This document shows, in pieces, positions 1 to 10,801 of a stretch of 64,000 bases of DNA. Both the position numbers and the translations under genes were made by a program. Where the stretch lies: NCBI GenBank assembly GCA_963751345.1, contig CAVVUS010000024.1:1-64000 (forward strand), given 5' to 3'. The first letter of the stretch is position 1; each line of letters begins with the position of its first letter. Under the pieces are notes generated by a model, which was not told the DNA's origin, did no database searches, and worked only from the letters and a program-made list of their open reading frames with translations. This stretch comes from an uncultured Chloroflexia bacterium (GTDB lineage: Bacteria; Chloroflexota; Anaerolineae; B4-G1; SLSP01).

Positions 1-1134
1 GACGACGGGATGGCCGCTCGGGCCCACTTTGCCGCTGCAGCACATTGCCTGGCTTCGGGCTCACGACCCGGAAGTCTTTCGGCGAACAGATCGGTTCCTC
101 TTCGTCAACGATTTCATCACCGAGCGACTGACCGGCGAACGCGCGATGAACCCCTCCGACGCCACGATGACCCAACTCTGCGACATCGCTGCCGCCTCGT
201 GGGACGATCGTCTCCTGGAAGCCGTGGGCATAGAGCGAGATCAACTCTCACCCATCCTGCCCTCGGGCGAGATCGTGGGAAAGCTCTCCATCGATGCAAG
301 CGGCAGCCTCGGCCTGCCACCGGACGTCATCGTGGCAAACGGAGCGCACGACCAGTACTGCGCGGCGGTGGGCACCGGCGTCACGCGACCCGGCAAGGTG
401 CTGCTATCGTGCGGCACAGCCTGGGTGCTATTGGCAGTGCCGGAGAACCTCCAATGCGGCCTCGACAGCGGCCTGGCCATGAGTTGCCACGCTGTGCCCG
501 GCCGATGGGGCGGAATTCGATCGCTTGGCGCGATCGGTGCCTCGCTGGAGTGGTTCGTAGCCCAGATCTGGCGCAGGGGTGAGGACGTCGGTCGCGAAGG
601 CCTCTACGCCTCACTCAATGCGCGGGCCGCGGCGGTGCCACCCGGCGCACGGGAACTGTTCTTCTTCCCGCTATCAGGAGGCCACGTGGGCACCCACTCC
701 GGCGGTGGGGGCTTCGTGCACCTGACGCTATCCCATACCCGTGACGAGATGGCCCGTGCCGTGATGGAGGGGACTGCGTTCGAACTCCGGCTGGGCCATC
801 GACGAGATCCGCACGAACGGCGTCGCCGTCGAGGGGCTTACGATGGTCGGCGGTGCAGCCGAAAGCCCCATCTGGCCGCAGATCGTCGCGGACGTCACGG
901 CGCTGCCCGTCGTCCTGCCCGACCGAGCGCCAGGCTGCCGCCCGCGGCGCCGCGATCCTCGCCGGCATCGGGGCCGGCATCTTCGCCGATGCCGAGGCAG
1001 GGTTCGCAGCCTTCCGCGGGGACGAGACGGAATTGGCGCCGGAACCGGGGGTGGTCCGGGATTACGATCAACACTTCGAGCGGTACCAACAGATCTATGA
1101 AGCTGTGATGAGTGGAAATCACGAGATGGTCTGA
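1..1134 (+). CDS. FGGY-family carbohydrate kinase (xylulokinase-like), 5' partial, frameshifted
   Basis: GAHDQYCAAVG, LSCGTAW, RAVMEG and VGGAAESPIWPQIVADV motifs spread over ORFs 29..1108, 843..1100 and 853..1134. Confidence 0.85.
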
Positions 1135-1149
1135 ATCACGGATTCAGAC
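1129..1149. repeat. Hairpin GTCTGAATC-acg-GATTCAGAC overlapping the kinase stop codon
   Basis: 9-bp perfect inverted repeat; shares GTCTGAAyCACGGATT with the element at the hisD stop. Confidence 0.6.
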
Positions 1150-1165
1150 AGAAGGAGACATCACC

Positions 1166-2563
1166 ATGCAAAAAGTGAACGTGGGCCTTCTCGGCCTGAT
1201 GCTCAAACTCTATGATCTCCAGCCGGGGCTGAAGCCCCGAATGGCCGAGTTCGGCCACGAGCTGGCAGCATCGCTCTCCTCCTTCGCGGAGGTCGACTTC
1301 CCGGGCGTGTGTAACACGCGCGAGCAGGTGGACAGTGCTGTGGCGTCCTTCGAGGCCGACGGCAAGGATCTGATTGTGGTGGTGCTGCTGACTTATGCGC
1401 CCAGCCACATCGCGCTGCCCGCCCTGCTGCGCACCCGCCTGCCGGTCGTGATCTACAACACCCAGCAACTGCCCGGCATCACGGCTGAGACCACAAGCGA
1501 GGAGACGCTCGAAAACCACGGGATGCACGGTGTACAGGACCTGTGCAATGTCCTGCTCCGCGCTGGGAAGGAAGTGCACCTCGTGACAGGCCACTACCAG
1601 GAAGCGCGCGCCGTGGCGGAGATGGAGGGGTGGTGCAGGGCGGCGTGCGCCGCCCGCTTTGCGCGCCGGATGCGCATCGGGCTGGTCGGTTATCCGATGG
1701 AGGGAATGGGCGACTTCGGGATCGACCAGACGGCGTTCCTGTCCCAGATGGGCGTCGAAGTACACCACCTGGCGATGAAAGAGATCGCGGGCCTGGCGCA
1801 AACTGCGCCATCCGCCGAGATCGAGGCCCAGATGGCCGAGGACCAGGCGCACTTCCGCATCGACGCCGACGTCACAGAGACGGAGCACGAGGCCAGTTCC
1901 CGGCTGGAATGGGCCTTCCGGAAAGCGATGCAGGCAAACGGACTGCACGGCTTTGCGGCCCACTTCGTGGCGGTGGGCGAGGAAGGATGGTTGGAGACCC
2001 TGCCGTTCCTGGCGGCCTCAAAGCTGATGGGAGAGGGGTACGGCTTCGGCGGGGAAGGCGACGTAACCAGCGCCGCCGCCGTCGCACTGATGGCAGACCT
2101 GGCAGGGGCGGCCAACTTCACCGAGATGTTCACGATGGATCCCGCCCACGATGCCGTCCTGATGATGCACATGGGCGAGGGTAATTGGACGATGGCGCGC
2201 GAGGACGAACCCATCCATATGCTCCGGAGTACCCTCGGCCTGGTCGACCTGAAGGTACCCCCTTTGCTCCTGGCCTTCAGCCTCGAACCCGGCGATGTGA
2301 CGCTGCTCAGCCTCACCACCGTTGCCGACGGCAAACTCCGCTTCGTCATCGCCGAAGGCGAGGTGATGGACTTCCCCTATCTGGCCGACCTACGCCGCCC
2401 CCACTACAAGTTCCGCCCGGCCAGCCCCGACGGCCTCCCGGGCTTTCTCACGCGATTCAGCCTGGCCGGTGGCTCGCACCATCAGGCGCTGGCTTACGGG
2501 CATTGGGGCGACACGCTGACCAAGGTCGGGACCCTGTTGGGCATCGACGTCGTACGGGTCTAA
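1166..2563 (+). CDS. L-arabinose/L-fucose isomerase family protein (AraA-like)
   Basis: RBS AAGGAG before ATG 1166; GYGFGGEGD, FTEM, MHMGE and GGSHH match AraA metal-ligand motifs. Confidence 0.85.
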   Translation: MQKVNVGLLGLMLKLYDLQPGLKPRMAEFGHELAASLSSFAEVDFPGVCNTREQVDSAVASFEADGKDLIVVVLLTYAPSHIALPALLRTRLPVVIYNTQQLPGITAETTSEETLENHGMHGVQDLCNVLLRAGKEVHLVTGHYQEARAVAEMEGWCRAACAARFARRMRIGLVGYPMEGMGDFGIDQTAFLSQMGVEVHHLAMKEIAGLAQTAPSAEIEAQMAEDQAHFRIDADVTETEHEASSRLEWAFRKAMQANGLHGFAAHFVAVGEEGWLETLPFLAASKLMGEGYGFGGEGDVTSAAAVALMADLAGAANFTEMFTMDPAHDAVLMMHMGEGNWTMAREDEPIHMLRSTLGLVDLKVPPLLLAFSLEPGDVTLLSLTTVADGKLRFVIAEGEVMDFPYLADLRRPHYKFRPASPDGLPGFLTRFSLAGGSHHQALAYGHWGDTLTKVGTLLGIDVVRV

Positions 2564-2578
2564 GGCAGGGGAGAAGCG

Positions 2579-4143
2579 ATGAGCGACCACACAACGATGC
2601 AAAGCCCGCGGTTGTCACTGCAGGACCTGGTGGGACAGGCCTACACCGATGCCGTCTGCCGGGCGCGGGCCTTCGTGACCGGCGCGGATTACGACGACCT
2701 CGCCGCCATCGCGGCGGCGCCCGTGGACTTCGCGCCGCCGTCGTACCAGACGCGCCTGGACGAACTCGTCGACGTGATCGGCGATCAAGTCTGTGACAAG
2801 CCTCCCCAACTCCGCGCGCGGTGCGGGGACGGATGCCTTCGCCGCAGCGACCAGGACGGCGATGGCGCCCCTGACGGGCTACGGCTTTATCCGCGTCGGC
2901 GAGGATGGCCGGGCCTACCTCGCCTCCAAGAGCGAACACTACCACGCCTCGTTGGGGCACAGCTTCCCCGGCTATCAGTTGCTGGACCACGCGACGCGCC
3001 TCGGCATCCCCAACGCGACGCACAACAACACCCGCGGGCACATCACGCGGCTCCTGGAGGAGCAACTGGTCCGCGTGGCCAATGGCATCGCGGAGGACGA
3101 CAGGCAGGGCCTCGACCAGGTTCTGAGCACCTCCGAGCCGCACGTCCTGAACCGCGTCATCAACCTGGAGACCGGCAGCCTCGCCGTCGAGGCCGCCCTT
3201 AAGATGATGCTGGCCCGCTTCTACCGGCTCGAGGAGACCTTTGCCTGCTCCTGCGTACGAGGGGCGCACGCCTGTCTTCCTGGTGATGGGCGACCGGGCA
3301 GGGGGCAACAAGGCCAACTATCACGGCACCACCATCCTCACCCAGGTGTTGCGCGATATGTGGCCGCAATTCGGTGAGGGCCTGGCGCAGGACGCGCGCT
3401 TTCTCGTCAAGCCCGTCCGTATCAACGACGCGGACCACTTCGAGCGGACCGTGGCGACCTACGATCGCGGCGAGACCAAGGTCGCGGGCTTCTTCCACGA
3501 GATCGTACTGATGAACTACGGCGGCATCTTGCTGGACCGTGACTACCTCCGGCAGGCCTACCGCCTCTGCCACGAGCGCGATATCCCCATCATCGTGGAC
3601 GAGATCCAGTCGTGCATCTGGTCGCCGGAGCTCTTCATGTTCCGCGAATACGGCCTTCAGCCGGACTTCGTCTCCGTCGGCAAAGGGTTTCCCGGCGGGC
3701 AGTACCCGGCCTCCAAGATCCTGGCCTCCGCCGCGATGGACAACCTCAACCAGTTCGGGGCGCTGGTGACCAACGGTCAGGAGGAGCTGGCCTCCCTCGC
3801 CTACCTGGTGACCATCGCCTTCGCCGAGGCCAACCGTGACTACATCCGCGATCTGGGCGAGACCTACGAGACGGCACTGCGAGCGCTCGCACGCAGGTAC
3901 CCCTCGATCATCGACCGGATCGAGGGCAAACGCCACCTGTCGTCGATCTTCTTCCACTCCGTGGACACGACGGTCGCCTTCACCAGACAACTCACGGCGG
4001 CGGGCATCGACGTCAGCGCACACACCTACAAGGCGGAGTGCCCGCCCGCCGCGCTCACCAAAATCCCGCTGATCTCGACGTACAAGATGGTGGAATTTCT
4101 CATCGGGAAGATGGACGAAGCGTTATCACGTGTACACGTTTGA
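2579..4143 (+). CDS. Class III PLP-dependent aminotransferase, frameshifted (~2795, ~3240)
   Basis: ETGSLAVEAALK, YHGTT, IIVDEIQSC and SVGKG (PLP lysine) across three ORFs. Confidence 0.8.
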
Positions 4144-4171
4144 ACGTTCAAACGTGTACACGTGATAACGC
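4120..4171. repeat. Perfect 52-bp palindrome with nested palindromes
   Basis: GCGTTATCACGTGTACACGTTTGAACGTTCAAACGTGTACACGTGATAACGC equals its own reverse complement. Confidence 0.95.
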
Positions 4172-4190
4172 GTTTTCCGAAAGGAGACCT

Positions 4191-5343
4191 ATGACAAAGC
4201 GAATCCTCAACTTCGGCCTCATCGGGTGCGGCCTGATGGGGCGGGAGTTTGCCAGCGCTGCGGCGCGGTGGATGCATCTCAGGAATATGGAAGTGGAACC
4301 CCGGATTGCGGGCGTTTGTTCGCGCACTGAGGCGTCGATGGCGTGGTTCCAACAGAACGTCCCGACCGTCAGGATGGCGACGACGGACTACCGCGAATTG
4401 CTGGCCGATCCCGGTATCGACGCGATCTATTGCGCCGTGCCCCACGACCTTCACGCGCAGATCTACGTCGATACAATCGAGGCCGGGAAGCACCTTCTCG
4501 GCGAGAAGCCCTTCGGCATCGACTTGGCGGCCAACGAGGCTATCCTCGCCGCCATCCGGAAGCACCCCGACGTCTTCGTGCGCTGCTCGTCACAGTTCCC
4601 CTTCTACCCCGGCGCCTACCGCATCGGGGAGTGGGTGCGGGAGGGCCGGTTCGGCAAGATCATCGAGGTCGAGGCTGGGCTCTGGCACTCCAGCGACCTC
4701 AACCCACAAAAGCCCATCAACTGGAAGCGCCGCATCGCGACCAACGGCGAGTACGGCTGCATGGGCGACCTCGGGATGCACGCCGTCCACATGCCCCTGC
4801 GCTTTGGCTGGCGCCCGAAGAACGTCCGTGCGCTGCTTTCCAAGATCGTGAACGAGCGTCCCAACGCAGAGGGGAAGATGGTACCGTGCGAGACGTGGGA
4901 TAACGCTATTCTGGCGTGTGAAGTGGAAACAGTAGACCAGGCTTTCCCGATGATCGTCTCTACCAAGCGCATCGCGCCGGGTCATGGCAATACCTGGTTC
5001 TTGCGCGTGATGGGCACCGAGTTCTCGGCTTCCTACTCCACACAGAACCCCAAGCAGATCGCCTATCTTCCCTACACCTCCGGCGACGACCAGGCCTGGC
5101 GCATCCTCGATCTGCCCTACAGAGTCCGCTTACGAGACGATCACCGGGTCGATCTTCGAATTCGGCGCGTCTGACGCCTTGATGCAGATGTGGGCCGCCT
5201 TCTGCGACGAGTTGGTGAATGGCCCGCAAATGCGTCAACCCTTCGGCTGCGCGACGCCCGAGGAGGCACACGACAGCCACCGCCTCTTCACCGCCGCGTT
5301 GGCCTCCCAGCGCACGGGACAGACGGTGGTCCTTACCCAGTGA
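4191..5343 (+). CDS. Gfo/Idh/MocA oxidoreductase, frameshift near 5120
   Basis: RBS AAGGAG; GLIGCGLMG, HLLGEKP, GCMGDLGMH; C-terminus continues in another frame to TGA 5343. Confidence 0.88.
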
Positions 5344-5379
5344 GTCTGCGAACGAGAGCCAAACTACGGATCCATGACC

Positions 5380-5411
5380 GGTGCCGGGGACTTTCTGCGG
5401 TCCCCGGCACC
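5380..5411. repeat. REP-like palindrome GGTGCCGGGGAC...GTCCCCGGCACC
   Basis: 12-bp inverted repeat between convergent genes; related copies at 47320 and 47409. Confidence 0.8.
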
Positions 5412-5571
5412 TGAAAAGAGATCTGCCACGGCCACGTGATCTCTCCCCCAATGAGTCCGACCGCACTCCACAGAGGTGCAACGAGCAGCGAGGGGGAAGA
5501 CCGCGTCAATAGATTGGTCCAATCTTTCGAGATTGGCCCAATCTCAACTCAGCCGGGCGCAGCTCGGCGCA

Positions 5572-5814
5572 TCAGCTACTCGCCCCAGACGGCCCATCAT
5601 CATCCGCCACCGGCAGGCGCCGCACGGCCACCACGACCAGACCGAGGTCGCGGATCCTGGCCAACAGACCGTGCAGCGCCGGTTGATCGAAGTCGCCCAT
5701 CAACTGCGTGGCCTCCCCCTCGACGCTGGAGAGCGTCAAGCCCTCAAACCACGCCTGCCAGTGCTCTGCCGCCAGAAGCCCCTCGACGATCACTGCGTAG
5801 GGCGCGACCGTCAT
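5572..5814 (-). CDS. Small conserved hypothetical protein of the type seen beside MalT-like LuxR regulators
   Basis: Y-x-I-x-V-x-G-like start, W..WFEG, DQPALHGLLARIRDLGL pattern; RBS AAGGA before ATG 5814. Confidence 0.7.
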   Translation of the reverse strand: MTVAPYAVIVEGLLAAEHWQAWFEGLTLSSVEGEATQLMGDFDQPALHGLLARIRDLGLVVVAVRRLPVADDDGPSGASS

Positions 5815-5880
5815 TGGGTCCTTGACGTCCACAAGACTCAGCTGCACCGGCGCACCCATAGCAGGCAGCCTCATCAGCGT

Positions 5881-6639
5881 TCATCTTTCACGACCAAAGC
5901 TGTAGCGGATAACATCCTTCGGGCAGGCATCCACACAACTGCCGCAAAGGATGCACTCGGTGTTCTCCATTGACGCCGCCTGCACCATCTTGTGTACCTT
6001 CAAGCTCATCGGGCACGCCCTGTCACACCGGTGGCAGTTAGCACACAGGTCGGGCTGGGCCACGAGATGCAGCGCAGGGGTGTTCAGGGTATTGCGCACC
6101 TTGCGCCCTAGGATCATGAAAGGCGCCATCCAGCAGCCATAGTGGCAGAAGGCTCGCTTTCCCGCCGTGATCGAAAGCACGAAGATGGTGCCCAGGACCG
6201 TGTAGTAAATCACGTACTTCGCCGGTTCGTCAACCGAGATCCCGGTTTCCGTCAGGTGAAGGAAATTCACCGAGGTATAGCCACCGGCGCTGATCGCCGC
6301 CCAGACGATGATGCCGATCCAGGGGATCCAAATGCCCCATTTGATCCAATTGAGCTTCCCGCCGCGGGCGGGCTTGTCCCTAATCAAGAAACACGCCTCG
6401 CCAAGGCCCGCAGCGGGGCAGAGCCAGCCGCACCAGAGCCGCCCGACGAAAAGCGATGCGACGAACATCGCGCCGAAGATGATGAAGCTCCCGTTGATGA
6501 TCCCCTGCATCGCCCCGTCGATGATGACGTAGGGCGAGAAGTAGTTCAGCGTGACCGGGAAGAGCAGCAGCGATATAAAGATCAGGATTCGCCGCGTCGT
6601 CTGCCGCTTCGGATGATGCTTGACCATAGCTTGAGCCAC
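5881..6639 (-). CDS. Membrane 4Fe-4S binding protein (NapH/MauN-like polyferredoxin)
   Basis: GRLWCGWLCP, RAFCHYGC, two CxxCxxCxxxCP motifs, several TM segments. Confidence 0.88.
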   Translation of the reverse strand: MAQAMVKHHPKRQTTRRILIFISLLLFPVTLNYFSPYVIIDGAMQGIINGSFIIFGAMFVASLFVGRLWCGWLCPAAGLGEACFLIRDKPARGGKLNWIKWGIWIPWIGIIVWAAISAGGYTSVNFLHLTETGISVDEPAKYVIYYTVLGTIFVLSITAGKRAFCHYGCWMAPFMILGRKVRNTLNTPALHLVAQPDLCANCHRCDRACPMSLKVHKMVQAASMENTECILCGSCVDACPKDVIRYSFGRER

Positions 6640-6672
6640 AAGTTCCTCCTGTACCTAAGTCTAGCTATCCTT

Positions 6673-6717
6673 AGCATAGCCATACGCAGTTGGAGGCGCA
6701 TCCACCGAAGGTTGGAT
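6673..6717 (-). promoter_or_regulatory. Putative LuxR-activated promoter: -10 TATGCT plus palindrome ATCCAACCTTCGGTGGAT centred near -42
   Basis: Imperfect palindrome 6700..6717 and a -10-like hexamer 6673..6678 upstream of the ferredoxin gene. Confidence 0.45.
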
Positions 6718-6846
6718 TCGGGGAGGTGGAGTACATAATATCAAAGGGGAGATGTGTCGCGCTGCCACAGTCTGCGCCGCTGGCGCAGAGACGGGCCGGT
6801 GCCCGCCGTCTGAGGCGCACCGTCTATGCGACAGGTTAGCTGGGTG

Positions 6847-9520
6847 CTAGCTGAGGACGTCCAGCAAGCGGAGGGCGCGTGCTTGAGCCACGGCCTGCGT
6901 GCGATTGCGCACGTCCAGTTTGCCGTAGATGTGGTTGAGGTGCGACTTGACCGTGCTCTCGGCGATGAAGAGCTTCTGGGCGATCTCTTGGTTCGTCAGA
7001 CCCTCGGCGACCAAGGCGAGGACCTCGCGCTCGCGCTCGCTCAGCGGCTCGATCAGCGGAGACTCTGTCTGCCCGACGCCGGGCCCTTCGCACATGTCTG
7101 CCAATCGACCCGCATAGCGTGACAACGCGGGGTCCTTGTCGGTCTGCGCAATGTAGCCCAGTAGGCCCGAGATGAACCGGCCCTGGCTCACGATCCTGCG
7201 GACAAAGCCCTCGGGCCTGCCCAGCTCGAGGGCCTCCCTGAGTGCAGCCCAGCGCAGAGGCCCTCTCTCCCTGGGCTGCAAGCAAGGCCGCCTGGAGGGC
7301 CAGAGCCTCGATGCGAGGGGCGACGAGGTCCCGGATCTCGGTCTGCGCCAGCAGTTCGGCCAGTACCTCTTGAGATGCCACAGACTGCCCGAGCATGAGA
7401 TGAAGTTTGGCACGCACCAATGCTTCTTCCTGCTCCAGGGGAGATGCCGCCGTAGGAGGAGATGCGGCCAGCCAGGTCTCTGCACTCGAGACACTGCCCT
7501 GCGCGAGCAGGAGCTCGCCCAGTGCCAGGCGAAGTGCCGCGGATGTCTGGGCATTTGCAGGCAGAGCCTCGGCTCGTTCCTGGGCCACCATCATCGCTTC
7601 CCGGGCTGCGTCGAGTTCGCCTCGGGCCGAGAGCACTCGCACCAACGTCGCGGTGTTGTAGATCTCCGATTCGGCACTTCCCCACTGCCTGCTGAGTTCC
7701 ACGCTCTGCTTGGCCTCCGCCAGGGCGCGATCGAGGTCGTTCCACTCATAGGCCAGATCCGCAAGGGCAGAAACCGCGCCCCCGGCGATCGGCAGCGGAC
7801 GTCCCGATTCGCTCGATCCCAGCGCCACAGCGTGGTTCGCCGTTGCCTGCGCCCGCCGTAGCTGCCCTTGCGCAAGCTCGAGCTCCGCCAGGGAGTTGAG
7901 CGCCGGCACCGCGACGTGCAGGTTACCGCTCTGCTGGCCGAGGGCCGCGGCCTCGGAGAGATCGTGCCGGGCCGCCTGGAGGTCCCCACGCAGCGTACCG
8001 ATCCCGCCCAGCACGAAGTGCACGACCGCCCGAATTCCCGCGTTGTCCTGCGACAGGGTCGCCAACGCGCGATCAGCCTCCTCAACTGCGTGCTTGACGT
8101 CCCCTTGCTGGGCCGCAGCATAGGCACGGATGGCCGCCGCTTGCCCGGCGAATTCCGCATCTCGTTGTGTTTCCAGAAGTCGCTCTGCCAGATCTGCACG
8201 TTCGATCGCGGCCTCAAGGCGCCCCGTCAGTAGCAGTACCCAGGCGTGGAGGAGGCAGAGACGGGCCCGCGCCTCCATCTGGGACGCGGGCAGGGCCGAG
8301 ATCCACCCCAGCAAGGAGCGGAGTTCGCCCTGCATCAGCAATCGCAGACCATGACGCTCGATGAGATCGGTGAGCCTCGTCAAGTCCTGGGAGGCAATGG
8401 CGTGGTGGATGGCGTCCTCCAAGAGGCCCTGCATCCTCATACCACCGGCTCGCCTCTCAGATGCAGGGGCGGCATCGCGTCACGGAAGCTTCACTTGGGC
8501 ACGAGCACGGAGCAGGTCGCGAAGAGGCGATGGTATCGGTACCAAATCCGGTAATCATCCAACGGCACCACGAAAAGATTCGTCTTGGTCAAGCTTCTCC
8601 AGAATGGACTGCGCGTCCGAACCCTCATGCGGCGCTGTCCCACCACGGCGTCGCACAACGGTCCACTCAGCCGGTCAAGAATGGACGTCTGCATGAGAAA
8701 GATTGGATCGCGGCGGCTGCAGATCCAGCACCTCCTCAACAAGATAGTCCAGGATGTACCGATGGGTGCCGGACAAGTCGCGTGATGACGGCTTCTGGGT
8801 CTCCGTGGTGCTGCAGCGATAGGGCCGCCATCTGCAGCCCCGTGACCCACCCTTCAGTGCGCCGTTCCAAGCGCGTGACCGGCCGCTCCGAAAGGCTGAG
8901 CCCCATGGCTTCGCTGAAGAAGCGGCAGCCTCGTCGGCAGTGAAGTGCAGATCGGCACTGCGTATCTCGACAAGTTGGTTTCGCGCGCGGAGCCGGGGTA
9001 GGGGAAACGGCGGATCCGCCCGCGTGAGAAGAGGAAACGTACGGCGGCAGCGAAGCCTCCAGCAGATCGATCACGACATGATGGACACTTCGAGTTCGAG
9101 ATCTCGTGATAGTCATCCAGTACGACGATCAGGGGTTTGGCTGCCGTCGTGAGATGGCTGCCAGATCGTTAATCAGCAGGGTCGAACACGGACACGGGTG
9201 TGACTTGCGGCGAGGTCAGTGCGTCCGCGTGGTCTCGCCCAGACCAGGCACCGCCTCGCGGCAGGCCGCAACCGGATAGGCGAGGAACCGCACAGGATCA
9301 TTGTCTTGGAGTCGAGGGAGAACCACGCTGCACGGACGTCCCGTCCGCAAGCCACGCGCCGACAGCGTCGTCTTCCCATAGCCGGCGGGCGCCGCGACCA
9401 GACCTAGCTTTCGACCCGCCTCCTTGAGCCATCCAGCGTCCCAGGAGTCGTTGTCGCTGATACTAGGTTCTCTCGCACCAGCGGGGCCAGAAGCTTCGTC
9501 TTCAACAAGAGCGAGACCAT
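6847..9520 (-). CDS. MalT-like (STAND ATPase-TPR-LuxR HTH) transcriptional regulator, heavily frameshifted
   Basis: N-terminal LLKTKLLAP, LERRTEGWVTGLQMAAL, WYRYHRLF, EDAIHHA, C-terminal EPLSEREREVL...TVKSHLNHIYGKLDV. Confidence 0.85.
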
Positions 9521-9665
9521 GGTTTCTCCAGCATCACCTTAGCACACCCGGGAGACCCAAACAACGTGGGCCGGGTTCATCGCACGGAACCCTCCCTGCG
9601 TCAGCTAAGCTGATGCCCCCTCGACGGTTTGCCATCCGCTGTGACTAGACGTCCTCGCTGCGTGC

Positions 9666-10674
9666 TCAATCGTCGGCAGCACTCCCGTAGATGCTTCGCA
9701 GTCCCCTGCTGATGGTGCCCGCCAGCACCGAAATATGGGTCTCATCCTCGAAGACGTGGGTCGTGAGACTGAGGCCCGGGTAAGCGCGTCCCTCAAGCGC
9801 CTCTGCGAGATCCAACACGTTCTTTACAGTCGACGATCCCTCTAGTGTGCCAACGGCCATGTAGACCCGAGCGGCCAGATCTGTATGCTCGGATGCGTAC
9901 TTCTCCTCGAACTCGAAGGATAACGCGGCCGTCCCACCAGATCGATGGGCTGGCGATGATGTACCGGTCGAAGGTGTCGGGCAAGGTGAACATCGTGTAG
10001 AGGCTGAACAGCCCGCCAAACGAATGCCCCAAGAACGCGGAGTCCTGAGGGATAGTGCGATAGTCGGTGTGGATGACAGGCACAAGTTCCTCGCGTATGA
10101 ACCTCAGAAAGCCGCCTGCCCTGCCGGAGCTGGGAAAAGAAAGCTCTCCAGGGATCCCCACGCCCGCGTTGTAGTACGTAGGCGTGAAATCGCCTGTCCT
10201 GCGGTTCATAATCTCATCCCTGCTATCCGTAGGATAACCGATCCCAACGATCAATAGATCGGGCAGTTCGCCCGCATCGGCCAGCCCGCGCGCGATCTCC
10301 GTCACCATCCCGAAACTGGCATTTGCATCCCCTGCGAAGAGCACAGGATAGGCAGTGCTGGAATCGCCATAGCCGCGGGGAAGGGCGACATAAATCCTAT
10401 AGCTTCTGCCGACAATCGCGGAAGCCAGGTCGAAAACCTCTGTGTTGGCAAGAGTGACAGGAACCTTACCCAGGGACACAGGGGGCATCGGTAGCTCGGT
10501 CGGCGCAGCTCCCGCCAATGTAGGTGGAAGCGCAGTGGACGTGGCCGCTGGCGTCGGTGCCCCTGTTGGCTCACTCCCGGTCTTCGTCACACATGCCGAC
10601 GGCAGCAAGAACAGCACCGCGCCGCCCGACAATTCCAGAAACCTACGCCGTGACATCCCTTTAGCGTTCCGCAT
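9666..10674 (-). CDS. Tat-exported lipoprotein alpha/beta hydrolase (IroE/BesA-like esterase), frameshift ~9920
   Basis: SRRRFLEL Tat motif, lipobox-like PSAC, Pro/Thr linker, GHSFGG nucleophile, ASPSIWW, C-terminal ETH. Confidence 0.82.
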
Positions 10675-10801
10675 CGTCCACTCCATGCCCACCCGACAAG
10701 ACACCTCCACAGATAGAGCGACGCCCCATCTATGGGTCCGGCCACGCCTCCAGGGATAGCTATCGAGCCGATCCCCTGCTCTCTCCGACCCGGGGCTGCT
10801 G

